Shown: positions 1 to 12,881, numbered from the stretch's first letter. The stretch: 64,000 nucleotides of DNA from Minisyncoccia bacterium (GCA_049287045.1 JBAQFC010000008.1:22198-86197), one strand, 5' to 3'. The notes: generated by a model from the sequence alone, not told the origin. Program-made: numbers and translations.

Positions 1-350
1 AGAGCTATAAAAATAGAACTAAGTTGTGTATACATCACAGGATTTATTTTAAAAATTGAGTTGTTAATTAAATATGTGATATGAAACAATGATAGGAAAA
101 GAACTAATGGTAATCCTAAACTTTTATTAATTTTAAAATTAAATTCAATTTGTTTTTTTTCTAATCTATATATGTAAGTAAAAAATAAAGCTATCAAAAA
201 ATTAAATATTGGTATAAGCAATATTGCAAAAAGTTTTGATATTTCGTAAATTTTTTCACTTTCTCCGGAATGTAATGATTGTAACTTTTCCGGTAAATAT
301 GGGTAAAACACTATTGAAATTAGAAAAGAAAAAAATACTATTGCCCACAT
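1..350 (-). CDS. partial membrane protein, N-terminus (DUF1648/SdpI-like); gene runs off window start
   Basis: Minus-strand ATG at 348-350 opens a frame to position 1 (MWAIVFFSFLISIVFYPYLPEKLQSLHSGESEKIYEISK...). Hydrophobic helices and the YPxLP(D/E)xxP-like motif are typical of SdpI/YhfL N-termini. Not in the ORF track because it has no stop inside the window. Confidence 0.3.
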   Translation of the reverse strand, partial: MWAIVFFSFLISIVFYPYLPEKLQSLHSGESEKIYEISKLFAILLIPIFNFLIALFFTYIYRLEKKQIEFNFKINKSLGLPLVLFLSLFHITYLINNSIFKINPVMYTQLSSIFIA

Positions 351-383
351 TATTTGAATTGTGTAATTTTTTTTCATTTAATT

Positions 384-827
384 TTATTTTCTTTGATATC
401 TCCCCATTAATTCTGATTCAGCTAAAATGTGATTTTGCATAGCCTTGATCAATTCTTTTGAACCGGCAGTTTTTGGTAAATCTAAAACTGTATCTAAAAC
501 ATAAAGCTTGAAAAAATATCGATGAGAATTATTTGGTGGACATGGACCACTGTATTCATTTTTCGGCCAACTATTCTCCCCTTGCACTGCTCCAACTGGT
601 ACACTGTTTTCTTTTATTTCTGTAGTATCGGGTGAAATATTCCACATCACCCAATGGTCCCAAGTCACACCTCTCGAGGCATCTGGATCATCCATTATCA
701 AAGCCAAACTCTTGGCTTCTTTTGGAACATCATTGATAATAAGTGCAGGATTTGTATTCTCGCCATCACAAGTATATTGTGCTGGGATTTCCTTTCCATT
801 TTCAAATGCTAAGCTTTGAATATTCAT
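384..827 (-). CDS. YbhB/YbcL family PEBP (Raf-kinase-inhibitor-like) protein
   Basis: Motifs DDPDA...WDHWV, GxNSW, HRYFFKLYVLD are diagnostic of bacterial PEBP. Confidence 0.8.
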   Translation of the reverse strand: MNIQSLAFENGKEIPAQYTCDGENTNPALIINDVPKEAKSLALIMDDPDASRGVTWDHWVMWNISPDTTEIKENSVPVGAVQGENSWPKNEYSGPCPPNNSHRYFFKLYVLDTVLDLPKTAGSKELIKAMQNHILAESELMGRYQRK

Positions 828-1084
828 ATTTAAATTATAGGTAATATTTTTCTTTAATGCAAACCAAAATAAAATACTAGCTCGGTACTATTACTATTAG
901 TAAAGTAATTAACAAAATGTTCCCCCAGGTCCACAATTTTCAATTCTAGAATCATAATCAGGATCATATTTTTCAGCAGGGATAAGTTTAACGGAAAGAT
1001 AAATTAAAACTATAACTCCCACAGGAATCAAGAGCCACAAATAATCTTTAAATTTCATACAGTTTAAACATTTAATATTAATAA

Positions 1085-1432
1085 TTATTTTAAATAAGCA
1101 TTTCTAATTTTTATATTATCAACCTTATTATTTAAATCTTGAACCTTTAGATTTTGTTCGTAAATATCTTTTTCTAAAGCAGAATAAAATTGAGCGTCAT
1201 TTTTGTTTGAAATTAAAATAGACACTGCTGTAGAAGCTACTATAAAGACAAAAGCAAATAAAACGGTAATCATTATATTTTGGTTTCTTACTTCTTGCTT
1301 TTCGTTACGAGATTCCTGTGTATTAACTAAATTTTCTATTCTAGAAAAACGTTTAGATATATCATCAATAGAATTTGCTTGTGCTTCAACAAGTCCAACT
1401 ATTTCTTGTTTCGTGGGTATTGAATCAGCCAT
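1085..1432 (-). CDS. hypothetical membrane-anchored coiled-coil protein
   Basis: 115-aa ORF with one central TM helix flanked by charged coiled-coil-like segments; no recognisable family. Confidence 0.4.
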   Translation of the reverse strand: MADSIPTKQEIVGLVEAQANSIDDISKRFSRIENLVNTQESRNEKQEVRNQNIMITVLFAFVFIVASTAVSILISNKNDAQFYSALEKDIYEQNLKVQDLNNKVDNIKIRNAYLK

Positions 1433-1438
1433 AAAATT

Positions 1439-1663
1439 TTACTGCTGATAAAATCCTTTAATATTCAAAACTCCATCTTTTTCGTCAACTGCAATATCCC
1501 AGTATTTATAAAGATGAAAATCTATACCACCAAAAGCGACTCCTTTTTGAAAAACAACACCTGGCCCAAAACTAATACCATTGACAAATATCTGTCTTTT
1601 TGGAGTTAAAGAACCATCTGAATTTTCGGTGAAAATATCTAAAAAATTGTATCTCTTTTCCAT
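1439..1663 (-). CDS. hypothetical protein
   Basis: 74-aa ORF packed tightly between neighbouring genes; no recognisable motifs. Confidence 0.3.
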   Translation of the reverse strand: MEKRYNFLDIFTENSDGSLTPKRQIFVNGISFGPGVVFQKGVAFGGIDFHLYKYWDIAVDEKDGVLNIKGFYQQ

Positions 1664-1689
1664 ACCTTAATTATATCACAGTAATAAAC

Positions 1690-2400
1690 TTAAAAACGAC
1701 CTAAATTTTCATTATATTTTTTTACAAAAAACTTACCTTTGGGTGTAAATTCTATTTTATTACCTATTATTTTTATAAGCTCATTTGTATCTGAATATAC
1801 TAAAATATCTGTCGGTATTTTATGATTCATTCCATCATCAATAAAACCCCTACGTTCATAAATAGAATTAATTATCAAATAAAATAACTTAAAAAACATT
1901 TCATTTTTTCTAAAATCATTAAACTCTTCCTCCCATAAAATAGTGGGGTCAGTGTCTTTTATTTTTTTCTCCTGAATTACCTTTTGAGCTACTGCAGTAA
2001 TTGTTTTTAAGGCCTCTTTTTCTAAGGCAGTTTCAAGTGATTTAATTTCTTTCTCTTCTATTAATTTAATTTTTTTCTTTTCTGTTTTATATTTTTCCTC
2101 TTTTTTGTAACCAGAAATTAAAAACCAATTTGGAAACTTCCAAATAATTAACCATGTTACAAAAAATGGCATAAACCAAGAAAACCAAAAATAAGGATCA
2201 TGAATACTAAAATATTTTCCCCACAAATAATCATTTTTCAATTTATTAGTTAATTGAAAAATTTTTGTATCATCAAGTGCAAATACTGCATATAAAAAGT
2301 TCCAATGAAAAACAATCCAACACATGGTGAAAGTTCCATAGATTGAATTTGTTAATCTGCTTTTTATGGTATCTGAGATTGAATCAAAGATTTCCTTCAT
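1690..2400 (-). CDS. hypothetical membrane protein
   Basis: 236 aa, Trp/Phe-rich N-terminal TM helices plus a K/E-rich coiled region; stop abuts the atpC start. Confidence 0.4.
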   Translation of the reverse strand: MKEIFDSISDTIKSRLTNSIYGTFTMCWIVFHWNFLYAVFALDDTKIFQLTNKLKNDYLWGKYFSIHDPYFWFSWFMPFFVTWLIIWKFPNWFLISGYKKEEKYKTEKKKIKLIEEKEIKSLETALEKEALKTITAVAQKVIQEKKIKDTDPTILWEEEFNDFRKNEMFFKLFYLIINSIYERRGFIDDGMNHKIPTDILVYSDTNELIKIIGNKIEFTPKGKFFVKKYNENLGRF

Positions 2401-2401
2401 T

Positions 2402-2662
2402 TTATTTCTCGGAGATAATGTCAGCTAAAATAAGTATATTACTCTTTGTTTTTATTTCCAAAACTCCACCAGAGATGGTAAAAGTTTTCTTTTCGTTTGC
2501 GAGGGTCAAAACAATCTCACCTTTTGCAAGAGCTGAAACAAGTTGCATGTGCTCAGGAAGCACTTCGATAATTCCACTTTTTGTAGGAACGATCACAGAA
2601 ATAGCCTCACCTTGGTAGACAACTTTATCTTTAGCTATAATTGAGATTTTTAGATTAGACAT
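2402..2662 (-). CDS. atpC: F0F1 ATP synthase subunit epsilon
   Basis: 86 aa with the typical N-terminal beta-sandwich sequence (LKISIIAKDKVVYQGEA...VPTKSGIIEVLPEH), immediately downstream of atpD. Confidence 0.85.
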   Translation of the reverse strand: MSNLKISIIAKDKVVYQGEAISVIVPTKSGIIEVLPEHMQLVSALAKGEIVLTLANEKKTFTISGGVLEIKTKSNILILADIISEK

Positions 2663-2669
2663 ATTTTAA

Positions 2670-4969
<2,300 letters not shown>

Positions 4970-4983
<14 letters not shown>

Positions 4984-5179
4984 GATTATCTTTATTTTTT
5001 TTAAAATCTTTTCTAAGACTTCTAGCACACATGAATACAACAAACCCTGCTACCGCCCAGATCGGAAGAATAAAAACTCCGTTAATTGCTAAAAATGAAA
5101 GCCAAATAAATACAATAGCGCTTAACGAGCCTAAAAGAATTGCAACTATTACACTTATTGATTTTCTTATATTATCCAT
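4970..5179 (-). CDS. small two-TM membrane protein encoded between atpA and atpG
   Basis: 69-aa ORF whose ATG lies 2 nt after the atpA stop; two clean hydrophobic helices and a basic C-terminal tail (RSLRKDFKKNK). Confidence 0.3.
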
Positions 5180-5181
5180 AA

Positions 5182-6669
5182 TTACATTCCCATGAATTCT
5201 ACAATCGCATTTCGTAGGTCAGCTTCTATTTTATCATCCCAACCTGTAGTAAGCTTTGTCAGTAAATCTTTTTTGGTGCGGTCAAGATGAGCGTAAAAAC
5301 TCTCTTCCCAAGCTCTGATTTCTGTAGTTTCTAGTTCATCCAAATATCCTTCGTTTACAGCAAAGATACTTGTAACTTGTTTCGCGACAGATACAGGAGA
5401 ATATTGATTTTGTTTTAGAAGCTCAGTCACTCTCTTTCCTCTGTTGATAGCTTTTTTGGTTTCGGGATCTAGATCAGAATCAAACTGAGCAAAAGACTCT
5501 AGCTCACGGTATTGAGCCATCGCTAGTTTCATCTTACCCGCGACTTTCTTCATTGATTTTATTTGAGCAGAAGAACCGACGCGAGAAACAGAAAGACCGA
5601 CGTTGATAGCTGGGCGAAGACCTTTGTTAAAAAGACCTGTCTCTAAGAAAATCTGTCCGTCAGTGATAGAAATAACGTTGGTAGGAATATAAGCAGACAC
5701 GTCACCAGCTTGAGTCTCGATAATAGGCAAAGCAGTGATAGATCCACCACCGTAATTTTTATTCAATCGGCAAGCACGTTCCAATAAACGAGAGTGCAAA
5801 TAGAAAACGTCTCCAGGGTAAGCTTCACGACCTGGTGGACGGCGAAGAAGAAGAGAAATTTCTCGGTAAGCGACAGCGTGTTTAGAAAGATCATCGTAAA
5901 TTATTAAAACGTCTTTTCCTTTGTCCAAGAAATATTCTCCGAGTGCTGTACCAGAGTAAGGAGCAAGATATGAGAAAGCTGGACCATCAGATGCTCCGGC
6001 TGAAACAACGATAGTGTAATCCATCGCTCCTGCTTCTTTTAATTTTGAAACGATACGAGCAACTTTTGATTGCTTTTGTGAAATAGCGACATAGATACAA
6101 ATAATATCTTCGCCTTTTTGGTTGATGATAGTGTCGATAGCTATGGCAGTCTTTCCTGTTTGACGGTCACCGATGATAAGCTCGCGTTGTCCGCGACCAA
6201 TCGGAATCATGGCATCTATGGCCTTTATACCAGTCTGTACGGGTGTTTTCACAGGTTCACGAGTCATAACACCTGAAGCTACTTTTTCTACAGGATAGAC
6301 AGCATCTGACTGAATAGCTCCAGCTTCATCGATGGGTTCACCTAGAGGGTTTACCACACGTCCAATGAAACCTTTACCGACAGGGATAGAAAGAATTTTG
6401 TTTGTTCTCTTTACAGTTTCTCCTTCTTTAATTTTAGAAAAATCTCCGAGCACGATAGCTCCAACAGAATCTTCTTCCAAGTTGAGTGCGAGCCCAATAG
6501 CTCCGGAATCAAAAGAAACCATTTCTGAAGACTGACACTTTGCTAGGCCAGAAATCTTTGCGATTCCATCTGCGACAGAAAGCACTGTGCCGTATTCATA
6601 CATCTCGGCCCCTCCTTCAAAACCAGCAATTCTCTTTTTTAAATTTTCTATTGTTGCATTCGCACTCAT
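5182..6669 (-). CDS. atpA: F0F1 ATP synthase subunit alpha
   Basis: Walker A GDRQTGKT; 495 aa; alpha-specific C-terminus. Confidence 0.95.
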   Translation of the reverse strand: MSANATIENLKKRIAGFEGGAEMYEYGTVLSVADGIAKISGLAKCQSSEMVSFDSGAIGLALNLEEDSVGAIVLGDFSKIKEGETVKRTNKILSIPVGKGFIGRVVNPLGEPIDEAGAIQSDAVYPVEKVASGVMTREPVKTPVQTGIKAIDAMIPIGRGQRELIIGDRQTGKTAIAIDTIINQKGEDIICIYVAISQKQSKVARIVSKLKEAGAMDYTIVVSAGASDGPAFSYLAPYSGTALGEYFLDKGKDVLIIYDDLSKHAVAYREISLLLRRPPGREAYPGDVFYLHSRLLERACRLNKNYGGGSITALPIIETQAGDVSAYIPTNVISITDGQIFLETGLFNKGLRPAINVGLSVSRVGSSAQIKSMKKVAGKMKLAMAQYRELESFAQFDSDLDPETKKAINRGKRVTELLKQNQYSPVSVAKQVTSIFAVNEGYLDELETTEIRAWEESFYAHLDRTKKDLLTKLTTGWDDKIEADLRNAIVEFMGM

Positions 6670-6682
6670 AATAATTTTTTAA

Positions 6683-7057
6683 TTAACTTGTAATAGTTTT
6701 TTCTAATTTTTTCAGACCAGTCATAATGCTCGAATCATAAATCTTTCCTCCGAACTTCGCTCTAAATCCTGCAACCAGTTCTTTTTTGATTTTTAATGAT
6801 TCAGTCAGGTGGTCAGCTTTCAGGAAACTCTTTATTTGTTTTGCAGTCTCACTCTTTATCTCATGAGCTGTTTCTATCTGGATACCCTTCTTTTCTTTAT
6901 CTTGTTCAGTGATTCTTTCTAAGTGATAAAGAACTGAGTTCATCTGTCCTTTCAAATTTCTCTTTTCAATAAAACTAAAAAACTTCTGGTCTAAGCCTTC
7001 AGTATTCTCTTCAGACAATTCGAATAAAGCCTGAGCCAGTTGTTTTGATTTAATCAT
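6683..7057 (-). CDS. atpH: F0F1 ATP synthase subunit delta (short OSCP-like)
   Basis: Sits between atpF and atpA; 124 aa with weak OSCP-like similarity; shorter than the usual ~180 aa. Confidence 0.65.
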   Translation of the reverse strand: MIKSKQLAQALFELSEENTEGLDQKFFSFIEKRNLKGQMNSVLYHLERITEQDKEKKGIQIETAHEIKSETAKQIKSFLKADHLTESLKIKKELVAGFRAKFGGKIYDSSIMTGLKKLEKTITS

Positions 7058-7059
7058 TA

Positions 7060-7587
7060 TTATTTCTTAGCCAACATTGCATTGATAATTTCATCACCTT
7101 TACCAGCAGCTACGTAGCCTTCAACCATTTTTCGTACACCGACAGAGACGAGCTCTGCAGCTTCTTTTCTGATAGCTTCGTCGCCAGTCTTCTTTTCTTT
7201 TTCTACATCAAGTCGAGCTTGTTTTAATATTTCTTCTTTTTCAAGAGTAGCTTTGTCTTTTGCCTCTTTTACTATGTCTCTACCGTCAGCTTGTGACTGA
7301 GAAATAATATTTTTTGCATTGTCCTTTGCTTCTCTTGTGATTTCTTCCTTTTTTAGACTTGCTCCTGCGAGCTCTGCTTTTGCATTTTCGGCATCAGTCA
7401 ACCCGGTCTTTATCTCATCTTCACGGTCATCCATCATCTTGCGAAGTGGTTTCGCGGCAATAAAATATAAAGCTAGAAAAACCAACGCAAAGTTGAATAG
7501 CTGTGCAAGCATTATCTTCCAATCTATGTGAAATGTTGAAATTAGTTCATTCATGATTTTAATTTTGACAAGGTTGAACCTTGTCAA
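7060..7587 (-). CDS. atpF: F0F1 ATP synthase subunit B
   Basis: N-terminal TM helix followed by a long charged helix rich in E/K/A. Confidence 0.75.
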   Translation of the reverse strand: MTRFNLVKIKIMNELISTFHIDWKIMLAQLFNFALVFLALYFIAAKPLRKMMDDREDEIKTGLTDAENAKAELAGASLKKEEITREAKDNAKNIISQSQADGRDIVKEAKDKATLEKEEILKQARLDVEKEKKTGDEAIRKEAAELVSVGVRKMVEGYVAAGKGDEIINAMLAKK

Positions 7588-7592
7588 AAAAA

Positions 7593-7841
<249 letters not shown>

Positions 7842-7888
7842 TTATATTAACCTTTTAATAAAATCGACTAACTTATAATAATAAATAA

Positions 7889-8752
7889 CTATGCATGTGC
7901 TTCACTGTGTTTCTCCTCGTGCTCAGTGTGATCCTGTGCCGCCATTGCAAAATACACAGTGGCAAGCAGACTAAATACAACAGCCTGAATCAATCCAACG
8001 AACACTTCCAAAAATAAAAATGGTGCAGGGACGAGGTATGACATAATCGCACCCATAGAAGCTAGTAACACTTCACCCGCAAAAACATTTCCGAATAGTC
8101 GGAAGGACAAGGAAGCAATTTTTGCCATCTCACCTACTAACTCAAGAACTCCAACAAAGAAATTTATAGGGGCTACAATGAGCACTGTCGGATCTTTTTT
8201 CACTTTTGTGAATACAGAACCAAGCGATATTAGATTAACATATTTATTAAAAGTTTTCCATAATCCAACCATAAATATACCAAAAATATTTGAAGCAATA
8301 ACTACAACGATAGAAAGAGCCAATGTGGTGTTTATGTCAGCTGTAGCAGATCTGAAAAGAGGCACGAAAGCAGCATTTCCTCCCTCAAAAGAGGTAAAAC
8401 CCAAAGAACCTAGAAAAGGAACAAGACCGAGCCAATTGCTGATTAAAATAAAAAAGAAAAGAGTTAAAGAAAAAGGAAATACTTTTTTGGAAATTTTTCT
8501 GTCACCTGTCACCTGATCACAAAGGGACAAAGCACCGTCCATAATGATTTCAAAAAAATTTTGGAGCTTGCCTGGAATTTTTTTTATTTTTAGACGTATA
8601 GCTAAGGCGAGGACTGTAATAACAATAAGAGTCAACCATGAAGTAATAACGGAATTAGTAACAGTAAAATTACCCACACTAAAAATAGGTTCGGCAAAGA
8701 TAGTCACTTCGTGGGACACTGCAGTATTTGTATTTTGTGTATTATTTTCCAT
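7889..8752 (-). CDS. atpB: F0F1 ATP synthase subunit A
   Basis: Polytopic membrane protein with the conserved Arg region (SLSFRLFGNVFAGE). Confidence 0.85.
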   Translation of the reverse strand: MENNTQNTNTAVSHEVTIFAEPIFSVGNFTVTNSVITSWLTLIVITVLALAIRLKIKKIPGKLQNFFEIIMDGALSLCDQVTGDRKISKKVFPFSLTLFFFILISNWLGLVPFLGSLGFTSFEGGNAAFVPLFRSATADINTTLALSIVVVIASNIFGIFMVGLWKTFNKYVNLISLGSVFTKVKKDPTVLIVAPINFFVGVLELVGEMAKIASLSFRLFGNVFAGEVLLASMGAIMSYLVPAPFLFLEVFVGLIQAVVFSLLATVYFAMAAQDHTEHEEKHSEAHA

Positions 8753-8981
8753 TACTTTCTATACTCTTTTGATAATTTTTTATTTCTTTAAAAATACCGA
8801 AACATGAAACACCGAAACTTAATCCAATCAAAATTGGAAAAACTAAATCAGAATTTATATTTAAAAAAGATTTAACAAACAAAGACAACAATGCTGGGAT
8901 GATTATCCACGCGGTAGTCTTGGCATAAAAAATCATTGCTGTCATTTTCCAATCATTCCCTTTTTTATTTAATTCTTTCAT
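8742..8981 (-). CDS. small membrane protein, AtpZ/AtpI-like
   Basis: Two-TM small ORF directly upstream of atpB. The track start at 9008 overlaps the tRNA-Ile 3' end, so the internal Met (MKELNKK) is the more plausible start. Confidence 0.35.
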   Translation of the reverse strand: MKELNKKGNDWKMTAMIFYAKTTAWIIIPALLSLFVKSFLNINSDLVFPILIGLSFGVSCFGIFKEIKNYQKSIESNGK

Positions 8982-8984
8982 TTG

Positions 8985-9056
8985 TGAGTGTGGATGGAAT
9001 CGGACCATCGACCTCTGTCTTATCAGGACAGCGTTCTACCACTGAACTACACACTC
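8985..9056 (-). tRNA. tRNA-Ile (anticodon GAT)
   Basis: Manual fold: acceptor GAGTGTG/CACACTC, D stem GTTC/GAAC, anticodon stem CTGTC/GACAG with loop CTGATAA, T stem GATGG/CCATC; no encoded CCA. Confidence 0.75.
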
Positions 9057-9099
9057 AAATCAACCCATAAAATATAACAAAAATATATAAAAAAAGAAA

Positions 9100-9131
9100 G
9101 CCCCGTTATCATTTAGGATAATGGGGCTTTT
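9100..9131. terminator. Rho-independent terminator after the 9147-9536 gene
   Basis: gccccgttatc-atttag-gataatggggc stem-loop with T-runs on both sides. Confidence 0.5.
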
Positions 9132-9146
9132 ATTTATTCAATTCTA

Positions 9147-9536
9147 TTAATCAGGTTTGTAGTTGTTATTTAATAATTTGAACTGACTGCAAGCAATATC
9201 GCTTTCTTGCTGAGCTTCGGCTGCAACTTCTTTTGCTCTTAAAATAGCATTATTTTGATCAATCATCTTATTTAGAAAGCTAATCGAGACAGTTTTACTT
9301 TTTTTAATCTGTTCAATTTCAAAATAAATTTTTTCCAGAGAGTCCAGCACAGAATATTCATAAATAACATTTTGTACGGTATTCATAAACTTATTTTCTG
9401 TTTCTATCGCTTTTTGCTTCATATAGAAATATTCATTCAAAGTAGGATTTATATCCGAGCTTTGTTTTTCTTGTGCTCTTACATTTTGAAAACAAAATAC
9501 AAGTATAAACAAAATGGTCATCAATGTTTTATTCAT
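9147..9536 (-). CDS. secreted hypothetical protein
   Basis: N-terminal signal peptide (MNKTLMTILFILVFCFQNVRA|QE), then an alpha-helical charged domain. Confidence 0.4.
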   Translation of the reverse strand: MNKTLMTILFILVFCFQNVRAQEKQSSDINPTLNEYFYMKQKAIETENKFMNTVQNVIYEYSVLDSLEKIYFEIEQIKKSKTVSISFLNKMIDQNNAILRAKEVAAEAQQESDIACSQFKLLNNNYKPD

Positions 9537-9618
9537 TTTTTCAAGGTATTAAGTTAATATTTAAATTACTTTTTCATTTTAGATAGTACAATACTATCTA
9601 AAAAAAATCAATAAAAAA

Positions 9619-9641
9619 TACCCTGACTGAAAGTCAGGGTA
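9619..9641. terminator. Rho-independent terminator downstream of the RRM gene
   Basis: taccctgactgaaagtcagggta perfect hairpin flanked by A/T runs. Confidence 0.55.
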
Positions 9642-9669
9642 TTTTTTATTTTGAGTCTCTAATAAGAGA

Positions 9670-10020
9670 TTAGTACTCTCGGCGTCCACCACTGCGATTT
9701 CCACCGCCGTATCCACCACTATTGCCTCCACTACTGTATCCACCTGCTCCACCAGTTCTTGGTGGGCGAGCTTCCATAGGGCGAGCTTCATTAACTGTAA
9801 GTTTGCGTCCTTCGAATTCCTGACCGTTAAACATTGAGACAGCACCTTGTGCTTCCTCGTCTGTTGACATTTCAACGAATCCAAAACCTTTTGAGCGACC
9901 GGACATTTTGTCCATGATAATCACAGCGGAAGTTACATTTCCTGCTTGTGCGAAAAGCTCTTTAAGAGCATCTTCTTGGGTACTGTAAGGAAGTCCCCCT
10001 ACGTATAGCTTTGTAGCCAT
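9670..10020 (-). CDS. RRM-type glycine-rich RNA-binding protein
   Basis: RNP-2 (LYVGGL) and RNP-1 (KGFGFVEM) motifs plus a C-terminal GGYGGGN-rich tail. Confidence 0.85.
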   Translation of the reverse strand: MATKLYVGGLPYSTQEDALKELFAQAGNVTSAVIIMDKMSGRSKGFGFVEMSTDEEAQGAVSMFNGQEFEGRKLTVNEARPMEARPPRTGGAGGYSSGGNSGGYGGGNRSGGRREY

Positions 10021-10224
10021 ATTATTATTTCTCCCGTTTTAAAAAATCGGGCAAAAACTAATTATAATGCGTAGATACTCTTGTCGCTCAATTGGCCTAA
10101 TTGGTGCCAAAAATTCAAAACTCACAACTCAAACAAAAAGCTATTGGAGAAACTACTGGAGCAGTATAGCACAAAAGTGAGAAAAAGCAATGAAACTATA
10201 CTGTGTGGATAAATACTATAAACA

Positions 10225-10253
10225 ATATGTCAAAGGGCATCTTTGACATATTG
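10225..10253. promoter_or_regulatory. perfect inverted repeat aatatgtcaaag-ggcat-ctttgacatatt (terminator of prfA and/or operator)
   Basis: 12-bp perfect stem just downstream of the prfA stop, inside the long leader region of the RRM gene; carries TTGACA on both strands. Confidence 0.35.
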
Positions 10254-10273
10254 TTGACATATTTAACACAAAG

Positions 10274-11245
10274 TTATTCTTCGTCTTCATCCCCCACGAC
10301 CCCGGATTCAATAGATTCTATAACCTCTCCGATTCCACCTTCCATTATTTTTGGTAGGTTATGCCATGATTTTTTAATACGGTGATCAGTCACACGGTCT
10401 TGAGGAAAATTATATGTACGAATTTTCTCACTTCTGTCCCCTGTACCAATTTGTCCTTTACGTTCACTAGAATATTTTTTTGCTTCCTCTTCATCTTTTA
10501 ATTGCTGAATTTTAGCAGTCAAAATCATCATCGCTTTTTCACGGTTTGCAAGCTGACTTCTTTCATTCGTCGAACGAACATCAAGACCTGTAGGTATGTG
10601 TATCAAACGCACAGCCGTCTCAACCTTGTTCACATTCTGTCCGCCTTTGCCCCCGGAGCGAGAATATTCCATTTCCAAATCGACTGGATTGATAACAAAA
10701 TTAACTTTTTTCTTGATAGGTAAAATAGCCACCGATGCTGTCGAAGTATGAACTCGGCCATTTTTTTCTGTTGCAGGAATTCTCTGGACACGATGCACAC
10801 CAGTTTCATAACGCATTTTTTTATAAACATCTTTTCCTTTTATTTCAAAACTCGCTTCTTTATATCCACCGATATCATTTTTGGATTCATCATTTACTTT
10901 CCACTGCCAACCCTGAACTTCAGCAAGTCTTTCATACATATGAGCAAGTTCCCAAGCAAAAAGAGCTGCTTCATCACCTCCAGCTCCAGCTCGTACCTCG
11001 AGTACGATTTCATTTGGAAATTCTTCTTCCTCTTTGTCTTTATCTAAAATTTCTTGTATCTGCTTCTCAGTACCTTCTTTTTGTTCTTGAATTGACTTAA
11101 GCTCAATTTGAGCCATTTCGTGCAAAGTATCATCACCTGCAAGCATTTCTCTTACCTCAGCCTCTTCGCGAGCTAATCGCTCTAAAATACCCGCCAAGTA
11201 GCTGGTGTTGTGATTCTTTTTAAGTTCTTCTAAATCTAAAGTCAT
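10274..11245 (-). CDS. prfA: peptide chain release factor 1
   Basis: GGQ motif (SGGKGGQNVNKVET) and the RF1-type PAT tripeptide (RIPATEKNGRVHTS). Confidence 0.85.
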   Translation of the reverse strand: MTLDLEELKKNHNTSYLAGILERLAREEAEVREMLAGDDTLHEMAQIELKSIQEQKEGTEKQIQEILDKDKEEEEFPNEIVLEVRAGAGGDEAALFAWELAHMYERLAEVQGWQWKVNDESKNDIGGYKEASFEIKGKDVYKKMRYETGVHRVQRIPATEKNGRVHTSTASVAILPIKKKVNFVINPVDLEMEYSRSGGKGGQNVNKVETAVRLIHIPTGLDVRSTNERSQLANREKAMMILTAKIQQLKDEEEAKKYSSERKGQIGTGDRSEKIRTYNFPQDRVTDHRIKKSWHNLPKIMEGGIGEVIESIESGVVGDEDEE

Positions 11246-11303
11246 AAATTTATTATATCATCAAAAACACCCTCCTTGTGTAAAGGAGGGTGTTTAGAAG
11301 AAG

Positions 11304-11516
11304 TTATTTCTTTGGAGATGCAGCTCGGCGCTTGTTGAAACGTTCTACGCGTCCAGCAGTATCCATGATCTTTTCATTACCAGTATAGAAAGGGTGACAC
11401 TGACTGCAGATTTCAACTGAAATTTCAGGCAAAGTGGAACCAACTTCAAACTCAGCCCCACACGCACAGGCGGCCTTGGTTTTTGTGCTAAATTTTGGAT
11501 GTATACCTTTTTTCAT
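11304..11516 (-). CDS. rpmE: 50S ribosomal protein L31
   Basis: 70 aa, MKKGIHPKF...CxxC...C..CHPFYTG. Confidence 0.9.
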   Translation of the reverse strand: MKKGIHPKFSTKTKAACACGAEFEVGSTLPEISVEICSQCHPFYTGNEKIMDTAGRVERFNKRRAASPKK

Positions 11517-11537
11517 ACTTAAGAGATTATCATAAAC

Positions 11538-12881
11538 CTAGTTTGAAAGCAAATCTATATCAGCTTGGATGATCCTAGCTTTTTTCATAACACCATCACC
11601 ATAGAAAGCATTAGCCTTTTTATTCCAGTTACCACCAGCATAATATTTCAAAGCAGCGGTACGTTCGGCAGTAAATCCACCTTTTGAGGCACCTAATTCT
11701 CCTAAATAAATAGAAGATGCAAAGAAAGCGTCTTTAGGCTCCCATGGATTTGGCATTCCACTTATACCAAGTGCTTTCGCAATTTTTGATGCATAAAGTT
11801 CCCACGTAGAAGGAATAAATTGTGAAGGGCCCATCGCTCCACCATAACCACCATTCCAAGGACAAGAAAGTGGAGTACCTTCTGGATTAATTCCTAAGGC
11901 CGAAGTGATTCTCTTAAATGGTTCCAAGTCACGGCTTGGTTTCATAATATTCGTCCAGTTTTTTGCAGCTGAATCAGTAACACGGTTACATGTACCAATA
12001 TTTTCGCCCAAATTTGTTTCTTGAGTAAGAATAGCTAGTACAAATGCTGGACGTACCCCGGTCTTTTTCTCAGCCTCTTGAGCATACTTCAAAGCTGTAC
12101 CGAAAGGAATTGCTTTAGTGTCACGCAATGCAAAAAGTGCAGAACGAATTTTGTCAGCTCTAGCTTTTTTATCAGCAGCAAGTTTTTGATAAGCAGATTC
12201 TTTTTCTTTTGAAATGGCTAATAACTTTTTCTTATCCGCTTCTGATTGAACAACTTTTTTCTGTGCACTTTGTAGTTCATCTCTAGCATCAATTTCTGCA
12301 TTTTGTTTTATCTCTAAATCTTTCTTTTGTATTTCTGTTTCTTGTTTTACTCCAGTAATTTCTTCAACGGAAGCTTTTACAGCTTGCTTGATAGAAGCAT
12401 AAGATTCTAAATCGCTATAAAAATCTGAAACGGATTGATCAGAAAGAATCAAATGTATCATATTTTCATTATCAAACTCATTTGTATTACGTAAAAGCTG
12501 AGCAAGAGATTCATGCTCACGATCTATCTTATCTGAAAGAGTCCCTATTGTTTTTACTTTTTCATTAATAGAAACTTTTAATTGTGCAATGACTAACGCA
12601 CGGGCTTTGATTTTGGTTTTTAAAGCATTAATCTGGCTAGTCAAATAATTAACATCACCTTTCAGTGTACCAGTCTGTTTCTGTTGTTCTTTTTGTTTTG
12701 CTAAGAGCTCAGTCAGCTGTTGCTCAATTTGACTTAATTCACTACGACAGTAATCCTTGTCTGTCTGAGAAGAGGAAATAGAAAGTGTTAAACAATCAAA
12801 AACAGCGAATGTTTTATTCACCGAAAAACTTGAAAATAAAAATATAGCAAAAATAAAAGCCATGACCATTTTCCGTATCAT
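11538..12881 (-). CDS. coiled-coil protein with C-terminal lytic transglycosylase (SLT/MltB-like) domain
   Basis: Signal/TM at the internal Met, long Q/K/E coiled coil, C-terminal ILTQETNLGE...GPSQFIPSTW resembling MltB-type transglycosylases. The track start at 12959 overlaps rplY. Confidence 0.5.
   Translation of the reverse strand: MIRKMVMAFIFAIFLFSSFSVNKTFAVFDCLTLSISSSQTDKDYCRSELSQIEQQLTELLAKQKEQQKQTGTLKGDVNYLTSQINALKTKIKARALVIAQLKVSINEKVKTIGTLSDKIDREHESLAQLLRNTNEFDNENMIHLILSDQSVSDFYSDLESYASIKQAVKASVEEITGVKQETEIQKKDLEIKQNAEIDARDELQSAQKKVVQSEADKKKLLAISKEKESAYQKLAADKKARADKIRSALFALRDTKAIPFGTALKYAQEAEKKTGVRPAFVLAILTQETNLGENIGTCNRVTDSAAKNWTNIMKPSRDLEPFKRITSALGINPEGTPLSCPWNGGYGGAMGPSQFIPSTWELYASKIAKALGISGMPNPWEPKDAFFASSIYLGELGASKGGFTAERTAALKYYAGGNWNKKANAFYGDGVMKKARIIQADIDLLSN

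Noticed and set aside
224-442. 72-aa plus-strand ORF (MQKVLIFRKFF...)
   Set aside because: Low-complexity Phe/Leu/Ile product typical of antisense reading of AT-rich membrane-protein DNA. It overlaps the minus-strand partial membrane protein and the PEBP gene end.
- No RBS-like sequence.
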